64,000 bases of DNA from Nemertoderma westbladi (GCA_032718475.1 JAUCBJ010008272.1:33280-97279), one strand, 5' to 3'; shown: positions 33,705 through 48,961, numbered from the stretch's first letter. Numbers and translations are program-made. Notes: generated by a model from the letters alone, not told the origin.

Positions 33705-36700
33705 TTAATATATTTTTTCTTTTATTGCTCAGTAGGCAATAAACCGTAACGTACCGGTCGGACGGTAAACTGTAGGCTTAGTTGACCCGAACCAGTACTT
33801 TACAGCAGTATTACTTCGATTGTGATAATTATATACCAATAGGTCTTAGTATTTAATCGGGGACTGCAGCCCTGGTTTTTTATTGAGATTTTACTTATTT
33901 CTGTTGGCTTATTTATCTGTAAGTGTAATATTGAGCAGAAGGCGTGTAAACCTGCTCAGATTGTAAAAGTAACTTATGGGGTGGATTGTTGTCTGATTGT
34001 TGTTAGGTCTGAAGTGGATTACAGTATAGGTAGGTTATTTGTCCGATAAAGTGCTAGTTAGGCAGTGGAGGCATCCAGCGCTGTAAGGTAAATCCTCCGC
34101 GAAAGAATAAGTCGTACTACGTAGTCTAGAGCGCTTACTAACTAATCATTTCGGAGACTGCATATACTGTGGTTTATTTAGGCTTGACGGTGGTCTGTCA
34201 GCATTTTAGTCTGTGTTTTATTTGAATAGTCTGTACGGGTAGGGTAATATTTATTATTCAGAGCGTATGCAAGTAATTTACAACATTCATGTCTCCAAGT
34301 TTATTCCTTACAGTAATTCTGCTTGTTATGCATAGTGTTATAGTTAAATTAACCCCGGTACTACTTCAGGGCTGCTTGGCGTAGGACAGACTGGTGATTT
34401 AGTACTCCGGTTACTCCAGCAGATACCGTTGTTCTTTTGGCTGTTCATATATATTAGACTGAAAGTTATATGTTGTATAAGTGCTAGTACGTAATCTATG
34501 GTTTAGATGTACAGTGCTTTCCTGAAAGTTAATTTAGTGCGTAGGCAGTATATTTGTGTTGTAACGTGGTTAATAGGTCCGTTAGCTTTAGGCTTCGATA
34601 ATTAATCTCTAGGTATAGGACACTCCAGGTTCGTAGTGTTTATAGTGTAGACTATAAGCCGTCAGACGGTGGCATTTCCTTATCTGGACAACACAACGTA
34701 TTGAATACTACTTTATTGGTTTCAAAATTCCGTAATTCCCTGTCAGTCTGTAAGAACCAGAAATTCTAAATTCTTGTTAGTCTGGTTTGTAAAATTCCTG
34801 TCAAATTACCCTAAAAAATTGTACGTATAACTTTGTTTATTGTTTACTTAGAGATTGTGTAATCTTAACTTGATACGTAAGTAATTTGTAGTGATAAGTA
34901 ACTTAGTTAAGTAGAAATATCAGATTTAGTGTCTAACAAGTAGCACTCCACTGAGAGCGTCCAACCTCTGTGTAGTGACTTCTTACTCAGAAATAATAAC
35001 ATTTATTTCAATAATTGACAAAACCCATTACGGGTATATATATTTATAAATTTAACTCAATCAGATTTATAAATTAGTAGGCCTGTTATACATCAATTAG
35101 GTCTTAATATCAGTTGACTCTATTGCTTAATATCAGTCATAAAGTAACGGGAAATAATTCATAAAATCAGATATACTCAGTTATTAGTAAATTATTGATA
35201 ATATTGGTGTTTACAGTAAGCTTATTAAGCTTATTAAGCTAAGATATATTTATATAACTTAGGCTAAAACTTGTATACCGGTATTCAGTGATTGATCCTA
35301 GTCTGTAGTAATATGGTTATATATACTATACACCCTAGGTGTATACCGGTATACTAACACTCCATATATACATACGTTACATTGAGTAACAATATATATA
35401 CGAGATAACTGGGAGACTGACAGTTGATACTGATTTACCCTAGACTTACTTTAACTGTTATTATAGTGATAGGCATCCAACTGTAAATAAATTATCTCTG
35501 ACCCAAAACAAACAATATCAGATAGTCTCTTGGAACAGACGATCTGTGACCCAGATCAAAGTATAGAAAGGCCCCAACCGAGGTCTAAGTTCCCCCCTAC
35601 TGTAAGATAAATCCCAAGTCTTCTATTTATCTCTTCTATTTAGGAGCTGAAAAGAGAGCAGATGAAGCAAGGGCCCAATTAGAGTTAGAGAGCATTCAGG
35701 TGAGACGAGATTCCTTAAGTAAACAAAGGGCGGTGATTCAGATACAACTCCTAAGTCTATCTACTCCCAGAAGACATGGATTTACTTCCTCGGCCGAAGG
35801 CACTACCACTGATTCCGAGTTTAAAAGTAACAAATCTCATTCAAACGGACATAGAAGAGCGCCCAAAAGACATAAGTTGCCGAACTTACCCCCCCCCCCC
35901 CCCCCCCCCCCCACTGAGAAGGGAATTAGCTAATGTAGACTCAAGAGATAGAGAGTCAATAACTCAAGTTGTAAGAGTAGAAAGGCTCCCTACTATAGTA
36001 GATGAGCCAGAAATAATTAGGCCTGTTAACAAAGCTACTCCTTTAATGGAGACCCTTTTGCTCCCTGAACCCAACTCTGAATTCCCTTTACATAGTACCA
36101 AACTTCCCTTGTCCAGTAGACAAATGCCAGAATCTCAGACTGGTATTGACACTGAGCAGAATCTAATAAAGGGACTATCCCCTGTCGCCCCGATGTGCCA
36201 TCCAGCTACCATGTTGGCAGCTCCCGCACGTGCGGTTGAGTGGATGGAGGAGGGGCAGCAAGAGATGGAGGAGCTGCTCGGGCAATTGGCTAAAACCAAG
36301 GCTCGCTCCACAGAACAAGTCCGAGACTTGGAAGGGACTGTTCAATTGTTAAAGGGAGCAGTACGAGATAGTAAAATAGAGTTGCAAGAAGTACAGCAAC
36401 ACATCACTCTCGAACGCAATAAATTAGTCAATATACAAATGGGTATACCACCACCCCCTGTAACCGTGTGTCAGCCCTTTAGGCCTGAAGTATCTCATGC
36501 GCAAGGTGTGGAGCCTACACGCATCTATACTGCTAGTGAAGTAGAAATTCCTATAGTAAACCCTATTAATAGTATTAATAAACCTGTCGATAATGATATC
36601 CCATACCGCTCTGATAATAATCCAAGAAATTTATATGCCGATAATTCGATATTAAATAGTACGATGGCTCAAGAAAGTTTCATACGTCAGATGGCTAGGA

Positions 36701-36955
36701 CAGAAGCCCGTCAAGCTATAAAAGTGGGAGTGGTCGTCAAGTTTAATGGAGATGAGATGAAATGGTTACCTTTTAATGAATATTACAAAGATAACATACA
36801 AAACTCTGTACTATCCAACAGAGAGAAACTACAATTCCTCATCGAGTGCTTGGAAGGTCCTCCCAAGTTAATGGCATTAAAATTTATTGGACATCCTGAC
36901 GGATTAAGACAAATTGTTTAAGGTAGTGGCAAGCCGACTTAAGGGCGTCACAATG

Positions 36956-37310
36956 ATCCATTACAAGGGGTTGGTGGAACAGGAGTTTTTATAGCCCTGA
37001 AAGACAATTAAAAGATAATTTAAACAACGGCCTATATATTTCTCCCCGTTGGGGTATCGTCAGGGCCTGATTACTTAAACAAACTGGTAAAACTGCAAAA
37101 CACAAAAGTATGAAACACCGGTACCGGTATGTAAAAAAAAAGATGTATGAAAAAAAAATGTTGTCTTTTGCAGTTTTACCAGTTTGTTTAAGTAATCAGG
37201 CCCTGACGATACCCCAACGGGGAGAAATATATAGGCCGTTGTATAAATTATCTTTTAATTGTCTTTCGGGGCTATAAAAACTCCTGTTCCACCAACCCCT
37301 TGTAATGGAT
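36956..37310. mobile_element. Palindromic MITE/foldback insertion (~145-bp arms) in gag of copy 2
   Basis: atccattacaaggggttggtggaacagg...actgcaaaa is inverted as ttttgcagt...cctgttccaccaaccccttgtaatggat. Confidence 0.85.
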
Positions 37311-40300
37311 TAAGACAAGTCTGGGATACACTTAACATCAGGTATGGTAATAGGACGAACATAGCTAGATATTTGTATGCGAAATTAGTAGCGCCCAGGA
37401 AGTTTCCTAGCAATGGGATTATAGAGTTTTCCGATGAGATTCAGGAGATCTGTAGACATTTAGATTGGTTAGATAAATCTGAGGTGTACCAAAGTTCAAT
37501 GGTAGTCGGAGCTGTAGCTGCATCCTTGCGCAAGGGTGACATAGGCACCCATTGGGACCAAAAGGTTTTGTACTTTGAGGACCAACATCAGAGAGATCCA
37601 ACCATGGCGGACCTTATGTCGTAAGATTACAGCTAATAAAACAGTCTAGAGAAAAGACTCTGGAAACCAAGGTAAGTGAAAAACCCGTTGCTAGGAGAAA
37701 TATAACACCAGTGTGTTATACCGATTATGAGAGTCAAACGTCTTATGACAAAGATAGTGGCAAAGACACCGAAAGAACTTATTACATGAGTAAAGGTAAG
37801 GACATAAGTAAACCCAAGGTTCGAACTAGTGGCAAGGGAGAACAGCTAAAAACTCCCCCTACATCTCCCAAGAGAATTCCTGGTAGGAAGCCCAAAGAAA
37901 GAGCTAGAGTACAAACTACCATGCAAGCTAAGGTAAGTAACATCAAACCTAAGTGTGTATTGTGCGAAGGGCCAAATCGCTTGAGTGGGTTGTGAGGAAT
38001 TCTTAAAGAAAGAATTGAAAGACAGACGCAGTGTCACTTGGGATAAAAGGTTATGTTACAATTGCCTCAGGAGAGGACATCAAAGGAAAACCTGTTACTC
38101 AGACGTGAGGTATGCTAAGTGTCGAGCGAAACATCATATCCTACTGCACACCGAGTTTGATAATGTAAGTGAACCCGAACTGCACGTACAGTTCAGTGAT
38201 GTGAACGACACGGACCATAGTTCGGAGATGGAAGGATTCTATATGGATGAGTTTTCTGATGAAAATGAGTCCTGTTATATGATCAACATAGCCGTATATC
38301 GAGCCCTTACGTATGAGGCAGCGACGGATGGAGAGGAATCCCAACTACCCATTCCGGATCGACAGCTCTCAGGGAAGGTTTCACAACCATCTGTCGGCCT
38401 CAGAGAGTTCCCAGTGGTGCAGCTTAGAGTACATGGACAAGGTAAGAGCCTTATAGTAAATGCCCCCCTTTATTCAGGTAGTACAGGCACCTTTATAGAT
38501 AAAGATCTGGCCGAAGATATATTCGCTGGTCAACAAAGATTCCAAACCAAGCTGAACCTTTCCGGGATTATGCAGGTATGGAAATCTACTGTATCCACAG
38601 AATTCTACATAGGATCGTTGTCGACTCCCCAAGACGAATCAGGAGAGAACAGTATGGAGAACCGGTGGAGTACTGGATGACCATCCAGGTTTTCGGGATC
38701 ATATCTAGCTCCTCGAATGCTTGTTCGGTAGTACGCACCACTGCCGACGATAATAGAGACGCCTTCTCTAAAACGGTTATTGACAACATCAAACGGGATA
38801 TTTATATGGATGACAACCTAAAGTCCCTACCATCGGTGGAAGAAGCAATCGATGTTGCCAAGGGAACGGTAGAGTGTTTACAAAGAGGTGGATTTCGTCT
38901 AACCAAATTCACTAGTAACTCCCGTGAGTTCCTGGAATCGATCCCAGTGGAAGACAGATGTGTTAAAGATCTTGAGCTCATTAATGACGATCTCCCCGAA
39001 ACTAAAACCGTTGGACTGAAATGGAACACGGAGAGAGACATTTTATTTTTCCAACTGAAACAATGCGAAAACCCCGTTCGAACTAAACGGATTTGCCTGA
39101 GTATTCTGAGCACTTATTTCGACCCATTGGGATTCATTACTCCTGTAATTCTAGTTGCTCGGAGCCTGGCGCAACAAATGTGGCTTGAAATCCACTCTTG
39201 GGATTATCCACTCCAGGGAGAACTGCTAAAGAAGTGGATGAAGTGGGAAGATTCTTTACCATCTATCGAGAATTTTAAGATTTCCCGCTCGTATTTCGGT
39301 CACGTTCTCCCCACGTATTCCTATCAACTCCATGTTTTTGGAGACGCCAGCAATATCGGAATAGGTATAGTAGCCTACCTTAGGGTTGAAACTCCCGATG
39401 GAATTAAAGTTTCATTAGCCGCCTCCAAAGCCCTAATAAACAACAAACTGCGAGTTCCCAGAGCAGAGTTAAAGGCGGCACTATACGCTACAACCATCGG
39501 TCGGAATGTAAAGGAACAGATCGAATATCCACTAGAGAAAACTGTTTATTGGACTGATGCATTACTCGTTCTGGAATATATCACTAATGAAGCCTGTCAG
39601 TTCAGTGTCTTTGTTACCAACCGAGTAGCGATTATACTCAGTCGCACTAGCATAGATCAATGGAGACATTGCCCCAGGACGATTAACCCAGCCGACATCA
39701 CCTCCTTAGGAGCAACTCCTCAAGAACTGACGGATACCCCAGATTGGTAAGGTGGCCCCGACTTCCTAAGTAAAGAAGAAGAGGAATCATCTCACCACAG
39801 CGGAGATCAGACAAGCCAAGGGAGCGGAAAAGGTCAAACCAAAAACCCAGATGAGTAAATCCAAGCTGTTTAAGCCAGCGATTGATCTGTCTGTGCTACA
39901 CACCGACAGAGACGCCACTGTGGATCCTAATCAACCAAAATCCATAGACGTTACTCGAACCCCAAATAAATCAGTTATTGAAATAAGGGAAAGAGATTGG
40001 AAATCTGGAACACCAGACGTCTCAAGGGGACTCTCTCCTCTCATCCAGAGAGTGATGGCTCATTATAGCTCCTGAAATCGGCTTTGCAAAGCTATTGTGT
40101 ATTTAAAGCGATGTTTCCATCATCACTATTCCAGGATGAAGATCGCTAATGACGCCACTTCGGAAGTAGCTGAAAGGGTCCATGCTACCAAAGACCTTCC
40201 CACTTATCGGCTACCTAATAAGTTTCTAACTGATAAGATCAGTTACCAAGAACATGATGATACCAACAAGCAGATACTGAGACTCCTGCAATGTTATGAG

Positions 40301-42773
40301 AATTCCGAAAAGTATTTCCTGTTATTGAGAAATCCACAGATGCGCTTAAGGGATTCTTTTTCTAGCACAATGATAGATGGGCTAATACGTGTCGGAGGGA
40401 GATTAACCAATGCTCCATTGTCCTTTGATACTAAGTTTCCCATACTGATTAGAAATCTTGAAATACAAATCAAGATGATTGTAGATGTTCACAGTAAGCT
40501 TTACCATGTTGGTAGAGAATGAGTTCTTAGCGAAATTCGAACTTGCTATTATTTCCATAAGCCCCGTAGAGCGCTAAACCAGGTTCTTAGGAACTGTATA
40601 CCATGTAGGAAAGCATTTAGTAGGCCTTTAACACAGCGAGAGGCAGAATTACCTAGGGAAAGAGTAAGCTGTTATGAACCACCCTTTACCAATACCGGTG
40701 TGGATTTATTTGGCCCTATTGAAGTGTATCGCGCTAGGACTATAGTCAAGCGATGGTGCGTCATTTTCGTTTGTATGAGTTGTAGAGCGATCCATCTTGG
40801 TATGGTGAACGATCTATCTACCAACAGCTTCATACTGAGTTTATGCCGACAAATCGCTCGTTTTGGGACTAGCAACACTATGAGATCTGATAAAGGTACT
40901 AATTTCATTGGAGCCAACAACGAGATTAAAGCTTACGTAAACAATTGGAACCAACGACAGATGGACGATCAGCTGAGAGTAACAGCATCTAGCTGGACCT
41001 TCAACGCCGCCGACGCCCCTTGGTGGGGAGGAAGTTGGGAGAGACTCATACATAGCGTGAAGACCACATTTCACTTTGTAGTTCCGTGCCGCGTGTATCT
41101 CACCGACGAACTTTTGCGGACGTTAATGGAGGAAATAGCCGCTTATCTCAACGAGAGACCGCTTATGCCAGTCTCATCGAGTCCAGACTCCCTAGAAGCG
41201 CTAACACCCATGCATTTCCTACTAAAGAAACCTGTAGCCATGCTCCCGCAGTCGGAAATAATGGACGGAGACGAGTACTGCCGACAAACTTGGCAACTTA
41301 TGCAGTTATTATCCTGTCGTTTCGCTGACCATTTCGAAAAATATTATTTTCCTACACTGCAGCTTCGAACAAAGTGGTTTGTGAAGCAAGAAAATGTCAG
41401 CGTCGGAGACATGGTCCTCACTGTGGAATCTGATCTTCCCCATAAGAGGTGGCAGACACGTCGTATCATCGAGACTCATATATCCGATGATGGTTTAGTG
41501 AGATCGGTGGAACTCGTAGTCATGTGACGTAACTATAAGAAACCCGGAATTGTTTTTGAAACTCAGCAACTAAATCGCCTGGTTGGTCGTTTATGTTTAT
41601 TGGAAAGAGACCGAGAGTTGTCCGGCAACTACGGAAAACAAGAGACTCTTCCTATGACCACCTCCCTAATCCAACAAACATCTAGGGACTCCACAACGTA
41701 ACAGCATTTCGAGTGGGTGTGTGACTACATTATTTTATTTGTTTATTTTTATATTTATGTATGCATTATTATGTAATTTATATTAGTATGATCGTTTTCT
41801 TTAATTTTATTTAGTAGAATGATATTTTAACGATTATTTAGTAGATTAGTGCAATATATTTCCTATTTTATTACTTAATTACTTAGTATAATATATTTCG
41901 TTAACAATAATTTAATTTTCTCTTTCCTTACTGTCCGTATTCTATTATAAATACGTGACTACAGTAAGATGAAATGTCGGTACTTATTACCGTACTATCT
42001 ATACCACTCCTACTATACTTAGGTATTATTGGTAAAGTAGAGTATTAGGAATGCAAAGTTTAGATCCTCGTGTCTCGGCCAAACCAAGCTCTGGGTAGAC
42101 CTTATATTACTAACTATAGAGTCACTATTAAATAGCTGTTAAATTTGGTAGTAATAATCTGTACAGTATGTTTTATGGGCTCTGCCCGATGAATAAACTT
42201 GAAATTGAAAAAAATAGCATCCCAGATCTGTATGCATGAGAAATACCCTAATTCTACCGCTAGCTTTGCATGTCACCATAGTAACAACCACTCTAGAATT
42301 AGAAGTGAGTTAAAAGAACAATAGAAAGCTTACCCCATTGAATAGCATGCATAATAAATAGCATCTTAATAGTATCTAAGGATACATAATAATAACGTGG
42401 CATTCTGGAAGGCATCTGACTAACGGACAAATGGCCCTAATTTGTACAAATTGTGGCAGGAATGTTGAATTTGTGTATTTATAGGTGAATGTTACTGCTA
42501 ATATGTGTTTACAGTAGCGAGCCGCAATTGTGAAAGTTATCCTAAATCTGTAACAAGTACCTCCAGTATATTCGAGCCCTTGGGACGGACAGTAGAGTGA
42601 CTCGCGCTAATTATTGTTGTCGTTGTGTGGCTACTATGTTGGCGAGAGGCACAGCGACAGCAGTACATCAGCGCTGAGGATCTCAGGGCTGTCCGGGGGG
42701 CAGAGGGGGATTAAAAGGCGGCGACGCCCGATAGCCTTATTCATTGTAATCTCGATAAACTCATATAGCAACT

Positions 42774-45729
42774 ATGACTGAGTTGATAGAAGACAATCTT
42801 GGTATCAGGGAGCGATATACTCGTTTGATAAGCGGCGACGCGAGTCAACACACGGCGGAAGACAATGGCCATTATATCGAGCCGCCAATGTCCGAGGAAC
42901 AGCTAAGTGTCAATTAGACTATAGAAAATTCACCGCTCGCTATATGCATCATAATGGTACGTATATGGACTTCTTAACTAGTGGTCATCCTATCGATTTC
43001 CCCGGATACTGACGATGTAGATACCGAAAGAGAGATTATTTTATTTAAATATCATGCCCAGCGGAGTCGGAACAATAAACTGAGAATTGTACATGAAAAT
43101 TATATTCGAAACCGACTCGAAAGAGAAGATGTTGAAGAACCGGACAAGCGCAGTCACTTTTACAAATACTTAGAGTTCCTGAGAGAAACTTATCTCAATG
43201 TAGCTAGTCAACAAAATCTAGAAATTCGATATCCGCAAGGTATACAATACATCCTAATCCAATGATGGAACTTAAACGACTGTATTTTACTATGATGTAT
43301 CTTACCGCCGATCGACCACTACTTGTTATACCAGATAGCTTCGAACAGATGGAGGAATATTGTAAAACTGGAGAAAGATCGCCAGCGTTCCCCTTACAAG
43401 ATGTGCGTCTTTGGTACTACTGCGATGAATGCCCTAGACCCAATCAACAAACGGAAAGACATAAACACCCGCGTAGACGTTGCGCTAAACACAGTTTTAC
43501 TCGCAATACTTACGGGAGTTTTGAGCAAAACTTGTTCGACGTACCACCTATACTCGCTCGACTCAAACAATCCTTAAGTAAACCTATGATCAGAGTTCCG
43601 GAATACTCGGTCAGACCTCCTCATTCCCCGGTGCGACCGCAGACTCTCGACCCTAACAGTATGACAGATCCTCCTGAGTTGTACTCATTGTTCAAAGATA
43701 TGGTGTTACCCAAACAATTAGTCGGTGGCACTCCGGTTGTGGGCTCTTTAGATATTTGCCCATCCTACCTAGCCGGATTGGGACGCGGACATCTAATATC
43801 TCCTTTACAACCCTTATAATCATCCCGGTTTGACTCCGATACAACCTCTCACTGAGGTGGAGGAAAGTGTTATACGTAACACACTGGACGTGATTCTGCA
43901 AAAGATCGGAAAGGGAACCTACGATTGTTTAGACAAACGTAAATTGCAACAGCAAGTCCAAGTGGTAAAAGAATTAGCTTTACCCCAGTTCGATCGTGAA
44001 ATCAAGAATCTGGAGGAAGATATTGAACTTGGACGTACATATTCACTACAAGAGTTCTTAGATGAACGCTTTCAAAGACAAGCGGAGGAGAATCAGCTCG
44101 AGGAGAAACATTGAAATGGACGAGAGAAAAGAAGCAGGTTTAGCCCAACCTGAAGCTCAAATACTTATGACTGATCTCTATTCCAAAACCATCATTCATC
44201 CTTCGATGGTTCCTCATTTCGGAGATAAACTCTTCGCGACAGCACAACCTCAACCGGTTGATATCAACTTAAGATCTCAAGATCTTATCGTTGACACTCC
44301 TATGTTACAATGTCCACCGATCGAAGCTGCTCGTGTCAACGGTATACTCATTGAACCTCCGGACAATCGAGCGGATCTTGTCCGTCGTATGGTACACGAG
44401 GTTAAATACGCGCTAGACCTTTACAGAACTCATTTTACGGGATCAAAGATCACCCCTATTATGTCCATTTAACTCACTATTATATGGTGAAACCTGAAGA
44501 TCCTACACATAGTTTAAAGTTTCTACCATTGATAAATCCCCTCGATCTTGTTGAACTCGAACAACTACAATAACATTTAGATCAATTAGTTAAAGCAAAC
44601 TCGTTTAGAAAACCTTATAATGTTTCAAGAATAGAAAATGATGTATTACCTCTATATAATCTCGATGGATTTATTAAAACTCGATTAGTCCATTGGAATC
44701 TAGATGTATTGTTTGAAGAAGAAAGAATACAAAGATATGGAGATGAAGCTACACATACTACGCATTATTTGAAATATCGCGATTTACCTAATGCCAACGA
44801 CCGCGCGACATTATGGCATCCGGACCATAGCATGTTGACCATAGAAAAAACCACAGAAGAGTGTAACGAAACTCATAACATTATCGAAATGTACGGAGTT
44901 GTTACATACAATAACGAAGGTAGTGTTCCTGTTGGAGAACTAGGAACTACGAGAATGATACATATACGAGGATTAGCTGGTTCTACCCATGTTTTTACTT
45001 GGGCTTGTTCCGACGCGATCGACTACTCTTTTGAGACTCTCACAGAGATACAAAGGAGACTTAGACATGGACAATTCGAACTCGCGCGACGTTATGTAAC
45101 CAATACCGAACGCAAACCGGCAATGGGTATAGATGGATCTATGCTACCCCAACCAGTCCTCGAAATGCTCTCTGACGAGAGAATAGTTAAGATCGGTTCA
45201 GCCATTTATGGAGATCTCCAAAACGACTTTAGAAATATGGAAAATATCCCATACCCTTTCGTAGACACTCAATTGATTGCACCATATGGGCAGAAGGCCG
45301 AGGTTTCTTCCGGACTATGTATGCCAATACACCGAGCGGAATTAACAAAGTACAAAGGACCTCCATGGGACATCTGGCCTTCCAGGATTACAGATGGAAT
45401 TTTAAAGTTGGGGATCCCGTCAGTTATCAACAAATATATGGCGACCATTATTCGCGATTATATTTTGACGGACCGTTAACAGCACCTGGAGTCGTTTATA
45501 GCTTTCTAATTAGCTATATATACCATCTTTGAGAAAGCCGCACTTGCCGGTTTGGCTAGCCGATGTGTGCAGTCGAACTATACGCGCTCACCCCTTATTG
45601 CTTGGAACTAAACTTGATAAACTAGATGAACACAATAAATTCATCCGATTCGAATGCTTTAGGCGCTTTCTGACTCCGTTCCGTAACGTTGACAGTCAGT
45701 TTAAAGACCGCGCTTTGACCAAACTCACC
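42774..45729 (+). pseudogene. Degenerate accessory ORF (exonuclease-like) of copy 2, truncated before the CCHC fingers
   Basis: ATGACTGAGTTGATAGAAGAC = MTELIED; ORF fragments 42981-45801 are colinear with 5439 to ~2455. Confidence 0.9.
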
Positions 45730-45734
45730 TTGTT

Positions 45735-46052
45735 TCTCAACGAAATTCAGACATTGTTACATATTTGGAATCCTTGCAACGCAAGCTTTTTAATGATATG
45801 AAAAAATTACGACTAATGTGAAGAATGGCCACGATACGGAGGATATATTTCGCAAAAGACACTTTTTTAAAACGCTTATAAATAAAATTTAAAGGCGAAA
45901 TCGAAAATTCCGGCTTCATGATAACAACCACGGTGAGTTGAACTAGTTGTGTTTCAAATTTCAAGCAATATGATAAAGATTTGTAGAAAAATTTGGGGGG
46001 GGGGGGGGTCCATGTCATCAGAAAATGTCACTATATTACGGGTCATGGTGTA
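45735..46052 (+). repeat. Dispersed repeat at the truncation point of BEL copy 2
   Basis: Homologous to 20050-20375. Confidence 0.7.
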
Positions 46053-46115
46053 CTACTGTACTATACATATTTACATACTGACATGCTACAGTACTGACTG
46101 ACATTACTACTGCAG

Positions 46116-46286
46116 TACTACTACTAGGATCGGCATGCTGCATTGCAGCTGCATTTTTTAGAATGCTGTGCCGGTTTGTCAACAAAATTGCGCCGCCACA
46201 ACTCCATATCACCCATGACATTTGGTAGATCATCCGCCGTCCGCATCTTCAAGGCCAGTGACTTTTAAGATGCGTCTCAAGAAAGT
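46116..46286 (-). mobile_element. 3'-end fragment of the RTE-like LINE
   Basis: Reverse complement of ~32480-32645 including the (TAG)n tail. Confidence 0.8.
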
Positions 46287-46620
46287 GACATACAGCATAG
46301 GCCTACCAACTATGCACTATACTGCAGTACTGTCTACTGCTGTACTGTCAGTCTGTCAGTATTTTGTTATTGTCTGATTGTTACTGTGTTATACTGTAGC
46401 TAGGCCTAGGGCATAGGGCAGTAGGGAGTAGGGCCTACCGATATCTGGATATAGGCATTTACGCTGCTTTACCTGTATAGGCTACTGCCAGCCAGACTGC
46501 AGTACTGGTCCGCTGGTAGGCCTACTTCAACGTAATTCTGTAATTTAATTACCGGTATCCTGTTATTGTTGTAACCCGATGTTCTGCAGTTCTGATGTTT
46601 AGGTGTTATTTCATATTTCA

Positions 46621-47672
46621 ATGAATTACGAAACAGCTCGACTCTCTAGTTTTATTAACTGGCCGGAAAACGCCCCGCTTAGCAGCCGTAAGCTTGCCCG
46701 TGCTGGATTCTATTACCTCGGGCGAGAGACAGCGGTTGCATGTTTCTCTTGCGAATGTCGATTGGAACGCTGGAACTATGGCGATTCCGCCGTCGCTAGA
46801 CACAGACAAACATCCCCACAATGTGCCTTTATCACAGGCAAAGCAACTAACAACGTTCCTTTCCACGGACAATCTATAGATTATAAGAAATTCTCAGAGC
46901 CGATTGAATCGAAATTATCCGATAATAATAATGAAAAATTAACTCCCGATGAAATAAACGAAGTCGCTAGTAAACTTAAAATTACTCCCAACCCCATGAA
47001 GACGGAGTTGGTTCGATTGTCGACTTTCTCGCATCCGCATTGGCCTGTGGATGCCCCGGTATCTCCCCGTAGCTTGGCATCCGCTGGGTTCTTCTACTTG
47101 GGCGTCGCGGACCAGACGCATTGCTTTGCGTGCGGTGCCGTGCTCGGTAACTGGGCGACCGGTGACCGACCCCATCTCGAACATCAGGCGTTCTCGCCCC
47201 AATGCCCCTTTGTGCTCGGGGTGGACTGCGGGAATGTGGTGGCGCCGGGGGGTGGGAGGAGGGAGGGGGAGGGGCAGGAAAGTTACCCGGGATCGAGTGG
47301 AGAGGAGTTCCTTCCTCTTGTAGGAACATCGCAAGAGGCGGGAAGTTCGTCACGCGGAACGCCCCAAGTCCAACCCAGTAGTAGAACATTCTTCCCGAGT
47401 ATTCCGGGGAGCAACCAGAAATCCCCGACAGTGGAACCCAACCATTCCACTCGCTTCCTGTGGCCCAAGGCTAAGTACATGGGCTACGACACGAAAGAGT
47501 CCCGATTGGCTACCTTCAGAGGTTGGCCATCCAGCTGTCCAGTGAGCTCAGACAGTCTGGCAGAAGCAGGGTTCTTCTACACTGGGCTAGACGACCATGT
47601 AACGTGTTTCCATTGTGACGGTGGGCTACGAAGTTGGACAGATTCCGACGACCCATGGGCAGAACACGCGAG
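46621..47672 (+). CDS. Inhibitor of apoptosis protein (IAP/BIRC), exon with BIR1, BIR2 and most of BIR3
   Basis: Three BIR repeats (RLSSF..LARAGFYY..CFSC..H..C; LASAGFFY..CFAC..H..C; LAEAGFFY..CFHC..WAEH); donor AG|GTGAGT at 47672/47673. Confidence 0.92.
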
Positions 47673-47859
47673 GTGAGTTGTTTGGAGTTGTGGACTAGGC
47701 CGACCCAGAATCCTTGTTACCTCGAATAATTCGATTGTTTAAAAAAGTAGATCTAAATATTAAAAATAGCCTAGCAATTATTGAATTTTGTTTAATTTGA
47801 TGTACACCCCGCAAACACTGATACTACTTTACAGTTACACAGTTGTAGTAACTTCCCTA

Positions 47860-48850
47860 CTACAACTACTATTTTCGGTCTGCTGCATTGAAACTGCACA
47901 TTGAGATGTTACGCTGGATTAAAAAAAAATGCACCGCCACAACTCCCTATCCTCCATGACTTTCTTTCGCGATATTATCTTCAAGGTCAGTGTTCTCCAA
48001 GAGGCGTCTCAAGAAAGTCATGGGCTGTTCACCATGCTTATTCACTCCATGGGGCTGCCAAAGTACAAGATTATGCACTGGCTGGTCCTCACAGCGAAAG
48101 CAATGTCCTGTATAGCGGAGGCGGCTTTGTGCAGGTGTTAAGCTTGGGGGGAACCAATAATGAGACACCTCCAATGTTATATAGTGTCTGATTGGAGATG
48201 TGTGCATTGTACTTGACATAATCGCCACAATGAACCCGGCGTAGCATTCTTGTGAATGTGCCATCCAGATATTTGGTGTCCTCAGCAGTTAGAGCCCAGC
48301 ATGGACTCCCATAGAGGAGTACTGGAACTACTGCTGCTCTAAATAATCGGACCTTAAGTTTCCGATTAATTCTCGGTGACTTCCAAATCCTGAAATGCAC
48401 GTTCAAGGCTGACCATGCCTTTCGCTTACGTATTCGATGATCCCAGGTAACAGAATTCGTCCCCATATAATGAAAGTATGCTGAACCTACGTGAGCGAGA
48501 GACTGAATCAAAGGCCTTGAAGAAGTCAACAAAGATAACAGCCAGATGCCTGTCTTTCTTTTTTGATAACTCTTCAATTATCCTTCTAAGTGCCAAAATG
48601 GGCTCCATGGTCCCACGACCTTTATGGAACCCATTCTGATTTCCACGGAGCAGTCTCTCAATGGGATCCCTGATGCGATTTAATAGAATTCTATTGTATA
48701 GCTTTGCAGCAATCGAGATCAATGAGATTCTCCGAAAAGAACCATAGAGTGTTAGGTTGCCCTTCTTGGGAACTGGCACCAACTTATTTGTTTCCATTTC
48801 TTGTGGGACTCTTGTTGTTCGGTACATGTCTACTATGGCTTGGGCCATAT
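47860..48850 (-). mobile_element. RTE-like LINE fragment, internally deleted, in IAP intron
   Basis: PVPKKG..RISLISIAAKLYN..QNGF..FVDFFKAFDSV joined directly to FCYLGS; 3' part near-identical to 32030-32580. Confidence 0.85.
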
Positions 48851-48961
48851 TCTAAATATTGGAAAGCCCTTTATTGTTGAATAATTGTATTATCCAGTTA
48901 ACAAAACTCAAAAATGTGAAAATTTTTGTTACACTTATTTTTTCACAAAATTAAATTGAAT

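Larger units (their letters stand above)
32660..45729 (+). mobile_element. BEL/Pao copy 2, decayed and 3'-truncated
   Basis: LTR 32660-33704; gag-pol remnants ~35495-41700 with stops, frameshifts and two ~1.1-kb deletions (near 35610 and 38655); accessory ORF remnants 42774-45729. Confidence 0.93.
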
